This document shows positions 1-7,783 of a stretch of 64,000 nt of DNA, one piece after another. The stretch is from a virus. The notes under the pieces were generated by a model. The model saw only the letters and a list, made by a program, of their open reading frames with translations. It did no database searches and was not told where the DNA came from. Numbering within the stretch: position 1 is the stretch's first letter; each line of letters opens with the position of its first letter. The stretch is from positions 32,001-96,000 of the IMG/VR virus record IMGVR_UViG_3300021425_004462; one strand, given 5' to 3'. The translations under genes and the position numbers were made by a program.

Positions 1-820
1 CGTTAAACGCTGCCTTGGGTTCTTTGCGGGATCTGAGTCTTTGGTTGGTAATAATCTGCTGCTTTCGGCTTTTAGATTTATTACTGATGCTGAATGCCGT
101 CAGTATATACTTCGTCAAGCTTTTGAGGAAAGCCTTCATAACCTTACGGTAGTTTATATTTGTGATAGCCTAGATCTTAATATAGAAGAAGTTTTCGCTG
201 CTTATGAAACAATTCCAAGTATTAAAGCTAAAGATGACTTTTTAATGGGCATTACTAATGATATTAGTCGTCAAGATTTTGACGCTCATACTATAGAGGG
301 CAAGCAAGAAATTTTACGCAATTTTTTGACTTATTGGATTGTTTGCGAAGGAACATTCTTTTTTAGCGGATTTGCAATGTTATTGGCTTTAGGTAGACAA
401 AACAAACTTCAAGGAATATCTGACCAAATTAAATATACTCTAAGGGACGAAAGTTCTCATATTGCGTTCGGAACTTATTTAATTAACACCTTGATTGATC
501 AAAATCCAGAAATATGGACAAAAGAAATTCAAAATGAATTTGTGGAGCATATGAAAAAAGCTGTAGAGCTTGAAATAGCTTATGCTCACGATGTTCTTCC
601 TACAGGAATACTTGGGCTAAATGCAGACATGTTTGTTGACTATATGCACTACATTGGAAATCGTAGATTAGAGGGTATTGGCTTAGACTATCGCTTTCCT
701 AGCGATAAAAATCCTTTCCCTTGGCTTAGTGAGGTTGTTGATGTTCAAGCAATGGGAAATTTCTTTGAAAGAAGAGTTAGAGAGTATCAACAAAGCGGAT
801 CTTTAGAAGACGATTTCTAA
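1..820 (+). CDS. nrdB: Ribonucleotide reductase beta subunit, class Ic-like (R2c); 5' end lies outside the window
   Basis: Frame is open from base 2 (VKRCLGFFAGSESLVGNN). Ferritin-like motifs EESLH, EGTFFFSGF, RDESSH and C-terminal NFFERRVREY. Confidence 0.95.
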   Translation, partial: VKRCLGFFAGSESLVGNNLLLSAFRFITDAECRQYILRQAFEESLHNLTVVYICDSLDLNIEEVFAAYETIPSIKAKDDFLMGITNDISRQDFDAHTIEGKQEILRNFLTYWIVCEGTFFFSGFAMLLALGRQNKLQGISDQIKYTLRDESSHIAFGTYLINTLIDQNPEIWTKEIQNEFVEHMKKAVELEIAYAHDVLPTGILGLNADMFVDYMHYIGNRRLEGIGLDYRFPSDKNPFPWLSEVVDVQAMGNFFERRVREYQQSGSLEDDF

Positions 821-1885
821 TAAAGAAGATTCAACTGTTACTCCTGGACCAAAAGTTGCAGAAAAAATATTTTTCTCACCGTTTGAGCGATTTTCCAAAA
901 TCTCTTTTAGTACAAATAAAATAGTGGGGCTACTCATATTTCCGTATTCTTTAAGAATATTTCTAGAATGTTTTAAATCTGCATCAGGTTTAAATTTTTG
1001 AAACGAATCAAGTATTGCCCTTCCCCCAGGGTGAATTGCCCAACAATCTATAGAGTTCTCTATTTCCAATATATGCTCGAGAGCTTCATTTATATTTTCG
1101 GATATAAAACTTGGAAGATCTGAATTTAAGGTTAAATCAAAACCATTGTCTCCGATTTTCCATGCTAAATTTTTTCCATCATCATTTATGACATGAGAAT
1201 TGAATGATTTAACTTCTAGAAATGGTTGTGTTTTTGTTAATTTTTCATCAGAAGAAACTATGCAGGCCGCACACCCATCAGAGAAAATAGAGTTTCCTAT
1301 AATATAGTTGGGATCATCTGTTAGTTTCATGTGAAGCGTACACATCTCAATGCAAACAACTAAAACCTTAGCATCTTTATTGCTCTTACAAAATTCTGAT
1401 GCGGTTTTTAATGCGGGAAATGCAGCTTGACATCCCATAAATCCAATATTTACCCTTTCTATGTTTTTATTTAAATTAAATTCATTTATTATCTCTATAT
1501 CTAAACCTGGATTATAAAAACCTGTACATGAAACGGTTATAAGGTGGGTAATTTCTTGTAGGTTTATTTTGTTTGAAATTTTTGATATCGCCTTGAAGGC
1601 GAGGGGTCCGCTATTTTTTTTATATATATTATTTCTTTCTGAAGTAGAAGGGTTATGCAAAGTCTTGTTTTCATTTCTATGAAAAAGTTCTGTTTCCGTA
1701 GTTGAAAGCCTTAAGTCTTTTAATACGGAATATCTATTTTTAATACCAGATTTTTTGATTGCTTGTTTAATTAAAAGCTTGTATCTTCTGTCATCTTGAA
1801 ATTCATTGATGAAATTGTAAATTTCTTCTTGACTACCTTTATGTTCAGGGTTTGAGGTTTCTATGCAGTTTATATAAATTCCCAT
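803..1885 (-). CDS. Type III polyketide synthase (chalcone/stilbene synthase family)
   Basis: Cys-His-Asn triad in FMGCQAA, WAIHPGG and YGNMSSP; also VSCTG and FGPG motifs. Confidence 0.93.
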   Translation of the reverse strand: MGIYINCIETSNPEHKGSQEEIYNFINEFQDDRRYKLLIKQAIKKSGIKNRYSVLKDLRLSTTETELFHRNENKTLHNPSTSERNNIYKKNSGPLAFKAISKISNKINLQEITHLITVSCTGFYNPGLDIEIINEFNLNKNIERVNIGFMGCQAAFPALKTASEFCKSNKDAKVLVVCIEMCTLHMKLTDDPNYIIGNSIFSDGCAACIVSSDEKLTKTQPFLEVKSFNSHVINDDGKNLAWKIGDNGFDLTLNSDLPSFISENINEALEHILEIENSIDCWAIHPGGRAILDSFQKFKPDADLKHSRNILKEYGNMSSPTILFVLKEILENRSNGEKNIFSATFGPGVTVESSLLEIVF

Positions 1886-1922
1886 AAAATATATTATGGA
1901 AATTTAAAATGAATTCAATAAA

Positions 1923-3215
1923 TTACCCTAAAATGTCTAATAGAGGCTCTCCCTTGTGTGCTATAGTAAAAGGTCTTCCTGAGGGAGAGTATTGGTAGTC
2001 ATTTAATGGTAAACCCAAAGTGTGTGCAATTGTCGCATTTAAGTCTTCTGGTTTAATAGGTTTGCCTTCTGTAGGAGTTCGACCCGTTTTGTCGGTCTCT
2101 CCATAAGTCATTCCACCTTTAATTCCTCCTCCTGCTAAAAAAGCTGTAAAGCAATAAGGCCAGTGATCTCTTCCGTCTCTTCCGTTAATATTTGGAGTTC
2201 TTCCGAATTCAGAAGTTAAAACTACCAAGGTATCGGAAAGCATACCTCTTCGATTTAAATCAATTAGCAGACCACTTAATGCGTGATCAATATCGGTGCA
2301 ATTTGCTGCTACTCTGTCAAAGTTATTATCGTGCGTATCCCATCCTCCCCTTGTTACTTCAACATATCTTACGCCATGCTCTACAAGCCTTCTTGCTAAT
2401 AAGCATCCTTTTGCAAAATTAGTTTGCCCATAAAGATTACTTGTTGACTCAGGCTCTTTTGTGATATCAAAAGCGTTTAAATCATTACTGTTCATTAATT
2501 TAATTGCATCTTTATATAAGTCAGAATAAGCTCTTACTTTTTTCTGTGGAAACTGAGTAGAGAAATTTTCATTTAAAGCTTCTGCAATAGATATTCTACT
2601 TTGGAAATGTTCATGATCCAAGTATGAGGCCATTTTACTATTAGCTAATCCTGAGCTTGGATTATTAATTGGCAATGCTCCATATTTAGATTCTAAAAAA
2701 CCAGCGCCGCCTCCGCCGCCACCTATTTTAACATTGCTGGGTATTGTTCTGTTGATTGAGCCAGAAAGTTTAGATACCCAGCTACCAAATGTAGGGTGAA
2801 CAATTGTACCTCTTTTAAGATAGCTTGTGTGCATTAAATAACTGGCTTGCTCATGCGCTCCTTGGCTTGTGTTCATTGTTTTAATTATTGCTGCATGATG
2901 CATAAGCTCGGCAGTTTTTGGCAAGTTTTCAGAAAGAATTACTCCATCTGCGCTTGTTGGTATAGATTTGGTGGGACCTTGAATATCTGGAGCGTCTGGC
3001 TTTGGTCCAAATGTATCAAGGTGAGACATAGCTCCTCCCATATTTAAATAAATTACGTGCCTTGCTGTAGGAACTCTTGCTCCTGGATTTAGCGCACTAA
3101 CACTATTATGTATATATGCTCCTGCCATTGGCATAAGTCCTACCCCAAAACATGCTTTTGCGGCATGAGCTATAAATTCTCTTCTTCCTAGTTCATCTAT
3201 TGTATTAAAGTTCAT
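1923..3215 (-). CDS. DUF1501 family protein (alkaline phosphatase/sulfatase-like) with a Tat signal
   Basis: GRREFI twin-arginine signal; GGAMSHLDTF, GCLLARRLVE.GV, GGWDTH, SEFGRTP and GRDHW motifs typical of PVC DUF1501. Confidence 0.92.
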   Translation of the reverse strand: MNFNTIDELGRREFIAHAAKACFGVGLMPMAGAYIHNSVSALNPGARVPTARHVIYLNMGGAMSHLDTFGPKPDAPDIQGPTKSIPTSADGVILSENLPKTAELMHHAAIIKTMNTSQGAHEQASYLMHTSYLKRGTIVHPTFGSWVSKLSGSINRTIPSNVKIGGGGGGAGFLESKYGALPINNPSSGLANSKMASYLDHEHFQSRISIAEALNENFSTQFPQKKVRAYSDLYKDAIKLMNSNDLNAFDITKEPESTSNLYGQTNFAKGCLLARRLVEHGVRYVEVTRGGWDTHDNNFDRVAANCTDIDHALSGLLIDLNRRGMLSDTLVVLTSEFGRTPNINGRDGRDHWPYCFTAFLAGGGIKGGMTYGETDKTGRTPTEGKPIKPEDLNATIAHTLGLPLNDYQYSPSGRPFTIAHKGEPLLDILG

Positions 3216-3225
3216 AATAGATTAT

Positions 3226-3230
3226 TACAC
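3226..3230 (-). promoter_or_regulatory. GTGTA motif 10 nt before the DUF1501 ATG (TTGACT also present at 3248-3243)
   Basis: Recurrent GTGTA-N9-10-start motif. Confidence 0.7.
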
Positions 3231-3254
3231 AATTTTGAGAAAAGTCAACACAAA

Positions 3255-3259
3255 GTGTA
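3255..3259 (+). promoter_or_regulatory. GTGTA motif 9 nt before GTG 3269
   Basis: Recurrent motif. Confidence 0.65.
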
Positions 3260-3268
3260 TGATATATT

Positions 3269-3655
3269 GTGCAGTTTTTATTACTTATCTTCTTAACTTG
3301 CAGTATTTTATGCGCTAAATTACAGATTAAAGATTATTTGGATGATTGCGATTGGTGCAAGAATCAGCTTAAAAGCACTCAACCTTTAGATATTGGTGAA
3401 TGGAGTATGAGATGCCAAAAAAAGCCGAAACCAATATGGTTTAATTATAGAAATATAGGCAGAGTCTATGGAACTTATAAAGAAAAAACTTCTATGTGTT
3501 GGATTTATTCTGAGAAATTAGGCTGGATATATAACACTCCTCAATACAAAGATTATATTTATACTCACAAACTTGGATGGATATATATAAAAGATGGTAA
3601 GGTTTATGTTTTTAAAAAGAAAAAGTGGGATTATTTTACAAATATAAATTCATGA
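3269..3655 (+). CDS. Small secreted protein with CxxC and Trp/Tyr-rich (WIY..LGWIY) repeats
   Basis: Hydrophobic N-terminus, CDWC, WIYSEKLGWIY and YIYTHKLGWIY; has its own GTGTA motif. Confidence 0.7.
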   Translation: MQFLLLIFLTCSILCAKLQIKDYLDDCDWCKNQLKSTQPLDIGEWSMRCQKKPKPIWFNYRNIGRVYGTYKEKTSMCWIYSEKLGWIYNTPQYKDYIYTHKLGWIYIKDGKVYVFKKKKWDYFTNINS

Positions 3656-5901
3656 GTGTTAATTAATGTCCATATTATTTCTTTGTATGCATCTTTAGTA
3701 TTTTTTATATTATCTGTAAAAATTTTAATTTCTTTAGTAGAAGGTTCTCTATTTAATATATATTTATATCCTATTGTAATTTTATCACTCAATGACTTTT
3801 GAGACTCTATTGCTTTTATAATTTCAAAGTTTTTATTTTTTAATAATCTAGTTTCAACAAATCCATTCAGGAGATTTAATACTTGTGTCGCAGAGGCACT
3901 TTTATTTGCGTTTTCTATCTGCTCCCTATCTGAACCACCAAACTCACGAATAAGGTGCCCTATGGGCGCAGGAGAGGGTAGTTCTGAGGCTCTAACTGAA
4001 TTGCGGTCTTTCACAAAGTTTTGCTTATACTCTTTTTTCTTATTTTCCATTTGAGATTTGAATTTATCAACACAAGACTCACAACAAAAAGCTACAGTTT
4101 CTCCGTTTTCATTTAGGGCTAATAATGTTGGGTCAATTGCTCTACCCGGTTTGATTGGACAGTCTGTGTTTATTGGCTTACTGAATTTAGACTTGCTTTG
4201 AGTTTTAGGTCTTTCAGTTTTGTTTATTTTTGCCATCAATTCTGAAAACAATTCTTCTCCTGTCATTTCTGAAAAATTTTGAAAATTTTGATATCCTTTT
4301 GTGTTTTGCTCTAATTTTCTAGAATCAACATTATTTACTGTCAAATTAACTAAAGAGTCCCAGATTTGCTCTCCACTCATTCTTTCAAGTATAGGTCCTT
4401 GATAGAAATATGGTACTGCATTTTTAGATTGATTTTCGCTGTCTGGGCCAGCTACAACCCATTTCACTTCTACAGGCATAGACTGATCTTTGTTGTCTTT
4501 AGGGATAACGTCTCTAACCACAGACTGACGCTGAAAAGTTTTTGTATTATATAATATTCTAAGAAATTCCTTAAGGTCATAATTTAATGCAACCATAACT
4601 TTTTCGAGATGAAGTTGAAGTTTTGGGTCCGTAGCTAATGTGTCGTCAAACATATTGTCTATGGGCTCAATTAATGCTAGTCCAAAAGCTTCTTTCCAGA
4701 GTCGATTGACAATGACTGCTGTAAATCTTGGGTTTGAATCTGAAGCTAGCCAGTTTGCATAAATTTCTCTAGATCCTGATTGAGGAGCTTTTGTTTTAAT
4801 ATCTATCTCTTCTCCAAAAATAGTTTTACCCATTAACGATTGGTTTGGTTTTGCGTTGTCGTATTGATAATCTTTCGGAAGATTTATCTTTCCATTACCC
4901 ATGCTGGCTAGTCCGGTTTGAAGAATATCTTGTATATCTCTCACGCCGTTTTGTAATTGCCTTGATTTTTGCGGCTCATCATTATTTTCTAACTTGCGTC
5001 TTTCATCTCTCGCTAATCTGTTTAATACGGTTAAATTTTCTGGACTTTTGGTTCTTAAGTTAGTTGAGCCACTCGTAAAAGCTGCCATTTCATAAAATTG
5101 CTTTTGAGTCCATCGATCAAATGGATGATCGTGGCACTGGGCACATTCTAAGCTAGTACCTAAAAATACTCTAACTGTATTTGCCATACTGTCTAATGGC
5201 ATGTTTACATCACGAGCAAAATAACTAACTCCTTCATTACCTTTGATCCATAATGGGCCAGAAGAAGAAAGCATCTCTCTCACCCATTCATCATAAGGCT
5301 TGTTGTTAGAGATGAAATCTTTGACATAATTTTTATATGGAACACCAGATATTCTATTATTTAATCTGTCTTTAATTCTTAATATATCTGCCCAGAAATT
5401 AAACCAATGACTTACATATCCTTCACTACCTAATAATTGATCAATTAGCTGCGATCTTTTGTTTTTATCTTTTCTATTTAAAAAAGTATCTACTTCTGTT
5501 AAAGATGGAGTTCTGCCTATAACCTTTAAGTATGATCTGCGTAAAAATGTAGCGTCGTCAACTTCTTTATTTGGTCGAAGATTATATCCTCTAAGTTTTG
5601 TTTCGATCAAGCTATCAATATAATTGGCATGAGTTTTTAAATCTTTCTCTGATAGCGGTTTTTTGAATTTAGGCAAAGCTTCGTGACTGGGCGGAAAGTT
5701 ATTTTTAATATAAGCTTGATTATCTTCTGTTAAAGAATCTATCGCTATTCTGAATAACTGTAAATCACTAGATCTTTTTATTAAAGCGTGGGTTGCATTC
5801 GCCTCAAGAATATCTCCTTTAAGATCTTTTCCGTTATTAAAATAAAGCGTATCGCCGAAGCAATAAATTGATGATAAGAATAATAAAATTAGTTTTTTCA
5901 T
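3631..5901 (-). CDS. DUF1549/DUF1553 (PSCyt2/PSD1) protein with a CxxCH motif and a YHS/TRASH-like insert; start re-called to ATG 5901
   Basis: Signal peptide MKKLILLFLSS; DDATFLRR.YL..IGRTP, CAQCHDHPFDRW, NPRFT..IVNRLW and W.LIN..EF motifs. The ORF-track start 6057 overlaps a terminator and the upstream gene. Confidence 0.9.
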   Translation of the reverse strand: MKKLILLFLSSIYCFGDTLYFNNGKDLKGDILEANATHALIKRSSDLQLFRIAIDSLTEDNQAYIKNNFPPSHEALPKFKKPLSEKDLKTHANYIDSLIETKLRGYNLRPNKEVDDATFLRRSYLKVIGRTPSLTEVDTFLNRKDKNKRSQLIDQLLGSEGYVSHWFNFWADILRIKDRLNNRISGVPYKNYVKDFISNNKPYDEWVREMLSSSGPLWIKGNEGVSYFARDVNMPLDSMANTVRVFLGTSLECAQCHDHPFDRWTQKQFYEMAAFTSGSTNLRTKSPENLTVLNRLARDERRKLENNDEPQKSRQLQNGVRDIQDILQTGLASMGNGKINLPKDYQYDNAKPNQSLMGKTIFGEEIDIKTKAPQSGSREIYANWLASDSNPRFTAVIVNRLWKEAFGLALIEPIDNMFDDTLATDPKLQLHLEKVMVALNYDLKEFLRILYNTKTFQRQSVVRDVIPKDNKDQSMPVEVKWVVAGPDSENQSKNAVPYFYQGPILERMSGEQIWDSLVNLTVNNVDSRKLEQNTKGYQNFQNFSEMTGEELFSELMAKINKTERPKTQSKSKFSKPINTDCPIKPGRAIDPTLLALNENGETVAFCCESCVDKFKSQMENKKKEYKQNFVKDRNSVRASELPSPAPIGHLIREFGGSDREQIENANKSASATQVLNLLNGFVETRLLKNKNFEIIKAIESQKSLSDKITIGYKYILNREPSTKEIKIFTDNIKNTKDAYKEIIWTLINTHEFIFVK

Positions 5902-5931
5902 TGTAGGATTATAATATTTATAAACTATAAT

Positions 5932-5936
5932 TACAC
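5932..5936 (-). promoter_or_regulatory. GTGTA motif (30 nt before ATG 5901), directly after a terminator
   Basis: Recurrent motif with a longer spacing than the other sites. Confidence 0.5.
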
Positions 5937-5962
5937 AAAAAAGCCACCCATTTCTGGGTGGC
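5937..5962 (-). terminator. Intrinsic terminator after the beta-barrel gene
   Basis: GCCACCCA-GAAA-TGGGTGGC hairpin followed by T6 on the minus strand. Confidence 0.85.
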
Positions 5963-5986
5963 GATATGGAACGTTTATTAGATTTC

Positions 5987-6637
5987 TTAAAAAGAAAAAC
6001 TAAGTCCTGCAGACAATAAATCTTCTCCGTCCATAGATTCAGAGTCGACTCTAGCATATCCTACAGAAGCTTCGATAGAATCAGTTAGATCTTTTGAAAG
6101 AATCGCTCCGACTTGATAGTAATCGTTGTTTTGAAGATCATACCTATCTGCATTACCAACTGATCCGCCCACAGTTAGGTTTGCGAATTGCAAATTAAAA
6201 CCATGAGATACCCCTCCTTCGAATACATAGTTATTATCACTAGTATCTCTTTGAATTAATACATAAGGCGACAATGCAGTATTCAAGCTCAATCTCACAA
6301 CTGCATCAAGTTGGCTTTTACCGTTTACAGCTTCTTCATGCTCAAAGCCTACATAAGCTTTGAGTAGATCTGTAAATTTAGAAGAAGCTCCTACAGAAAA
6401 AATATAAACACTTTGTCCATCAGAGAGTTCATCGAAAGAAGACGCCGAACCCTCAAGGGTTAAGCTTTCAATTTCTTGACTATAACCCACCGAAGCAGAA
6501 AGATTTTCTTCTGTCAATAAGGAGCCTTTGTTGAATGTATCAGTTCCGTATTCAAGAGATACAGAACCTGATCCAGCATAAGCCGCGTTAATAATAAGCG
6601 CCGTAATGGCAGTAAGGGTAATTAATAATTTTTTCAT
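5987..6637 (-). CDS. Outer-membrane beta-barrel protein (TorF/Gcw_chp-like putative porin)
   Basis: Signal peptide ending AYA, alternating amphipathic strands, C-terminal ...GLSFSF. Confidence 0.75.
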   Translation of the reverse strand: MKKLLITLTAITALIINAAYAGSGSVSLEYGTDTFNKGSLLTEENLSASVGYSQEIESLTLEGSASSFDELSDGQSVYIFSVGASSKFTDLLKAYVGFEHEEAVNGKSQLDAVVRLSLNTALSPYVLIQRDTSDNNYVFEGGVSHGFNLQFANLTVGGSVGNADRYDLQNNDYYQVGAILSKDLTDSIEASVGYARVDSESMDGEDLLSAGLSFSF

Positions 6638-6649
6638 AATTAAAGTAGG

Positions 6650-6677
6650 ATTATATATTATATATCAAAAAAGTCAA
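6650..6677 (-). promoter_or_regulatory. sigma70-type promoter for the beta-barrel gene
   Basis: TTGACT-N16-TATAAT. Confidence 0.7.
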
Positions 6678-7126
6678 TCAATTTTTATTTTATTTAGAGA
6701 TTTTCCTTTTCTGCGAGGTATTGTGATTTCTAATATACCATTATTCATAGAGGCAGATATTTTATCAGAATCTAATTCTGATGTGAGCTTGAATGTATTC
6801 TTGAATCCATCTTTAAAGATTTGTTGCTGAATGTACTCTCCTTCAATAGATTCTTCTTTTGGGGTTTTATAAGAAACAGAAAGCTTTCCGTTGTCGCATT
6901 CGATGTTGATATCTTCCTTGGGTATTCCTGGAGTTAGTAGTTCTATTATGGTTTCTTTTTCTCGCGCTATAACATTAGCTTGAACTGGGTAATCATCTAG
7001 CTCATTGAAATAATTTGTTTCTTCAGGTAGTGAGAAATTAAGGAATAAATCATTTAATAGATTATTCATTGTTGTTTTTGTTTTACTTGAATCTGGTCTG
7101 TAATTTTTTTTGAAGTAATATGACAT
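6674..7126 (-). CDS. Small heat-shock protein (Hsp20/alpha-crystallin)
   Basis: PGIPKEDINIE, F...F.L and ISASMNNGILEITIP motifs; C-terminal IKI (IxI) motif. Confidence 0.92.
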   Translation of the reverse strand: MSYYFKKNYRPDSSKTKTTMNNLLNDLFLNFSLPEETNYFNELDDYPVQANVIAREKETIIELLTPGIPKEDINIECDNGKLSVSYKTPKEESIEGEYIQQQIFKDGFKNTFKLTSELDSDKISASMNNGILEITIPRRKGKSLNKIKID

Positions 7127-7167
7127 AATTATATATTGTTGAGGGTTAAAATATTATAACCTATATT

Positions 7168-7184
7168 TGCAAAAGTTATGCCAA
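7168..7184 (-). promoter_or_regulatory. sigma54 (RpoN) -24/-12 promoter upstream of Hsp20
   Basis: TTGGCATAACTTTTGCA: GG-N10-GC matching the YTGGCA-N6-TTGCW consensus. Confidence 0.75.
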
Positions 7185-7781
7185 TTATTTTTTAAAAAGA
7201 AAGTTTCTCCATTCTGGACGCTCTGATTGGAACGGATGAAAGAATGGATACGGATAAGAAGGCTTTAAATCCTCACCTTTATAGTTTTTGTAAGGATATA
7301 TGGCAGCTTTTTTTGAGTTGCAGGGTTGGCAAGTTAATGTGACATTATGACTCTCTTTTGTGCCACCTTTACTTTTTGGATAAATATGTTCTATTGTTGT
7401 ATCTTTTATATCAAACTTATCTCCACAAATTTGACATCTACCTTTATATCTTTTATGTAAATATCTTAAATTAGGTTTTTCTTTTGTTTGGTATACCCAT
7501 TTTGCGGTAGTGAGTAATATAGTGGGTACGGGGTATAGTTTGTTCGATGAAGACATAAATGGCTGATTCTTGTAATAAGAAGCTCGCTCTTCATCTATCC
7601 ACTCTTCCCAAAATAACGGCTCTCCTGATTGAGATAAAACTTTAACTGAAGAATTTTTATCAAAAACAGAGCCGCAAGATATTAATTTCCTAATACCTTC
7701 TTTCGCTGTAGTGATATTGATTGGAGTCCAGAAGTGAGAGAGTATTAATACTACTCTATCTTTTCCTTGTATGAGATCCAA
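7185..7781 (-). CDS. HNH endonuclease
   Basis: CQICG, TIEHIYPKSKGG, NVTLTCQPCNSKK. Confidence 0.9.
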   Translation of the reverse strand: MDLIQGKDRVVLILSHFWTPINITTAKEGIRKLISCGSVFDKNSSVKVLSQSGEPLFWEEWIDEERASYYKNQPFMSSSNKLYPVPTILLTTAKWVYQTKEKPNLRYLHKRYKGRCQICGDKFDIKDTTIEHIYPKSKGGTKESHNVTLTCQPCNSKKAAIYPYKNYKGEDLKPSYPYPFFHPFQSERPEWRNFLFKK

Positions 7782-7783
7782 TA

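Noticed and set aside
5902-6057. N-terminal extension of the PSD1 ORF
   Set aside because: Overlaps the upstream gene and its terminator; the signal peptide begins at 5901
803-7126. Left end as host chromosome (prophage boundary)
   Set aside because: Same composition and the same GTGTA element as the phage genes, flanked by nrdB and phage-type genes, with no integrase or att site; read-level confirmation is still advisable
7185-7781. HNH gene as an intron-borne or mobile homing element
   Set aside because: It does not interrupt a gene; flanking genes are intact and there is no room for intron structure
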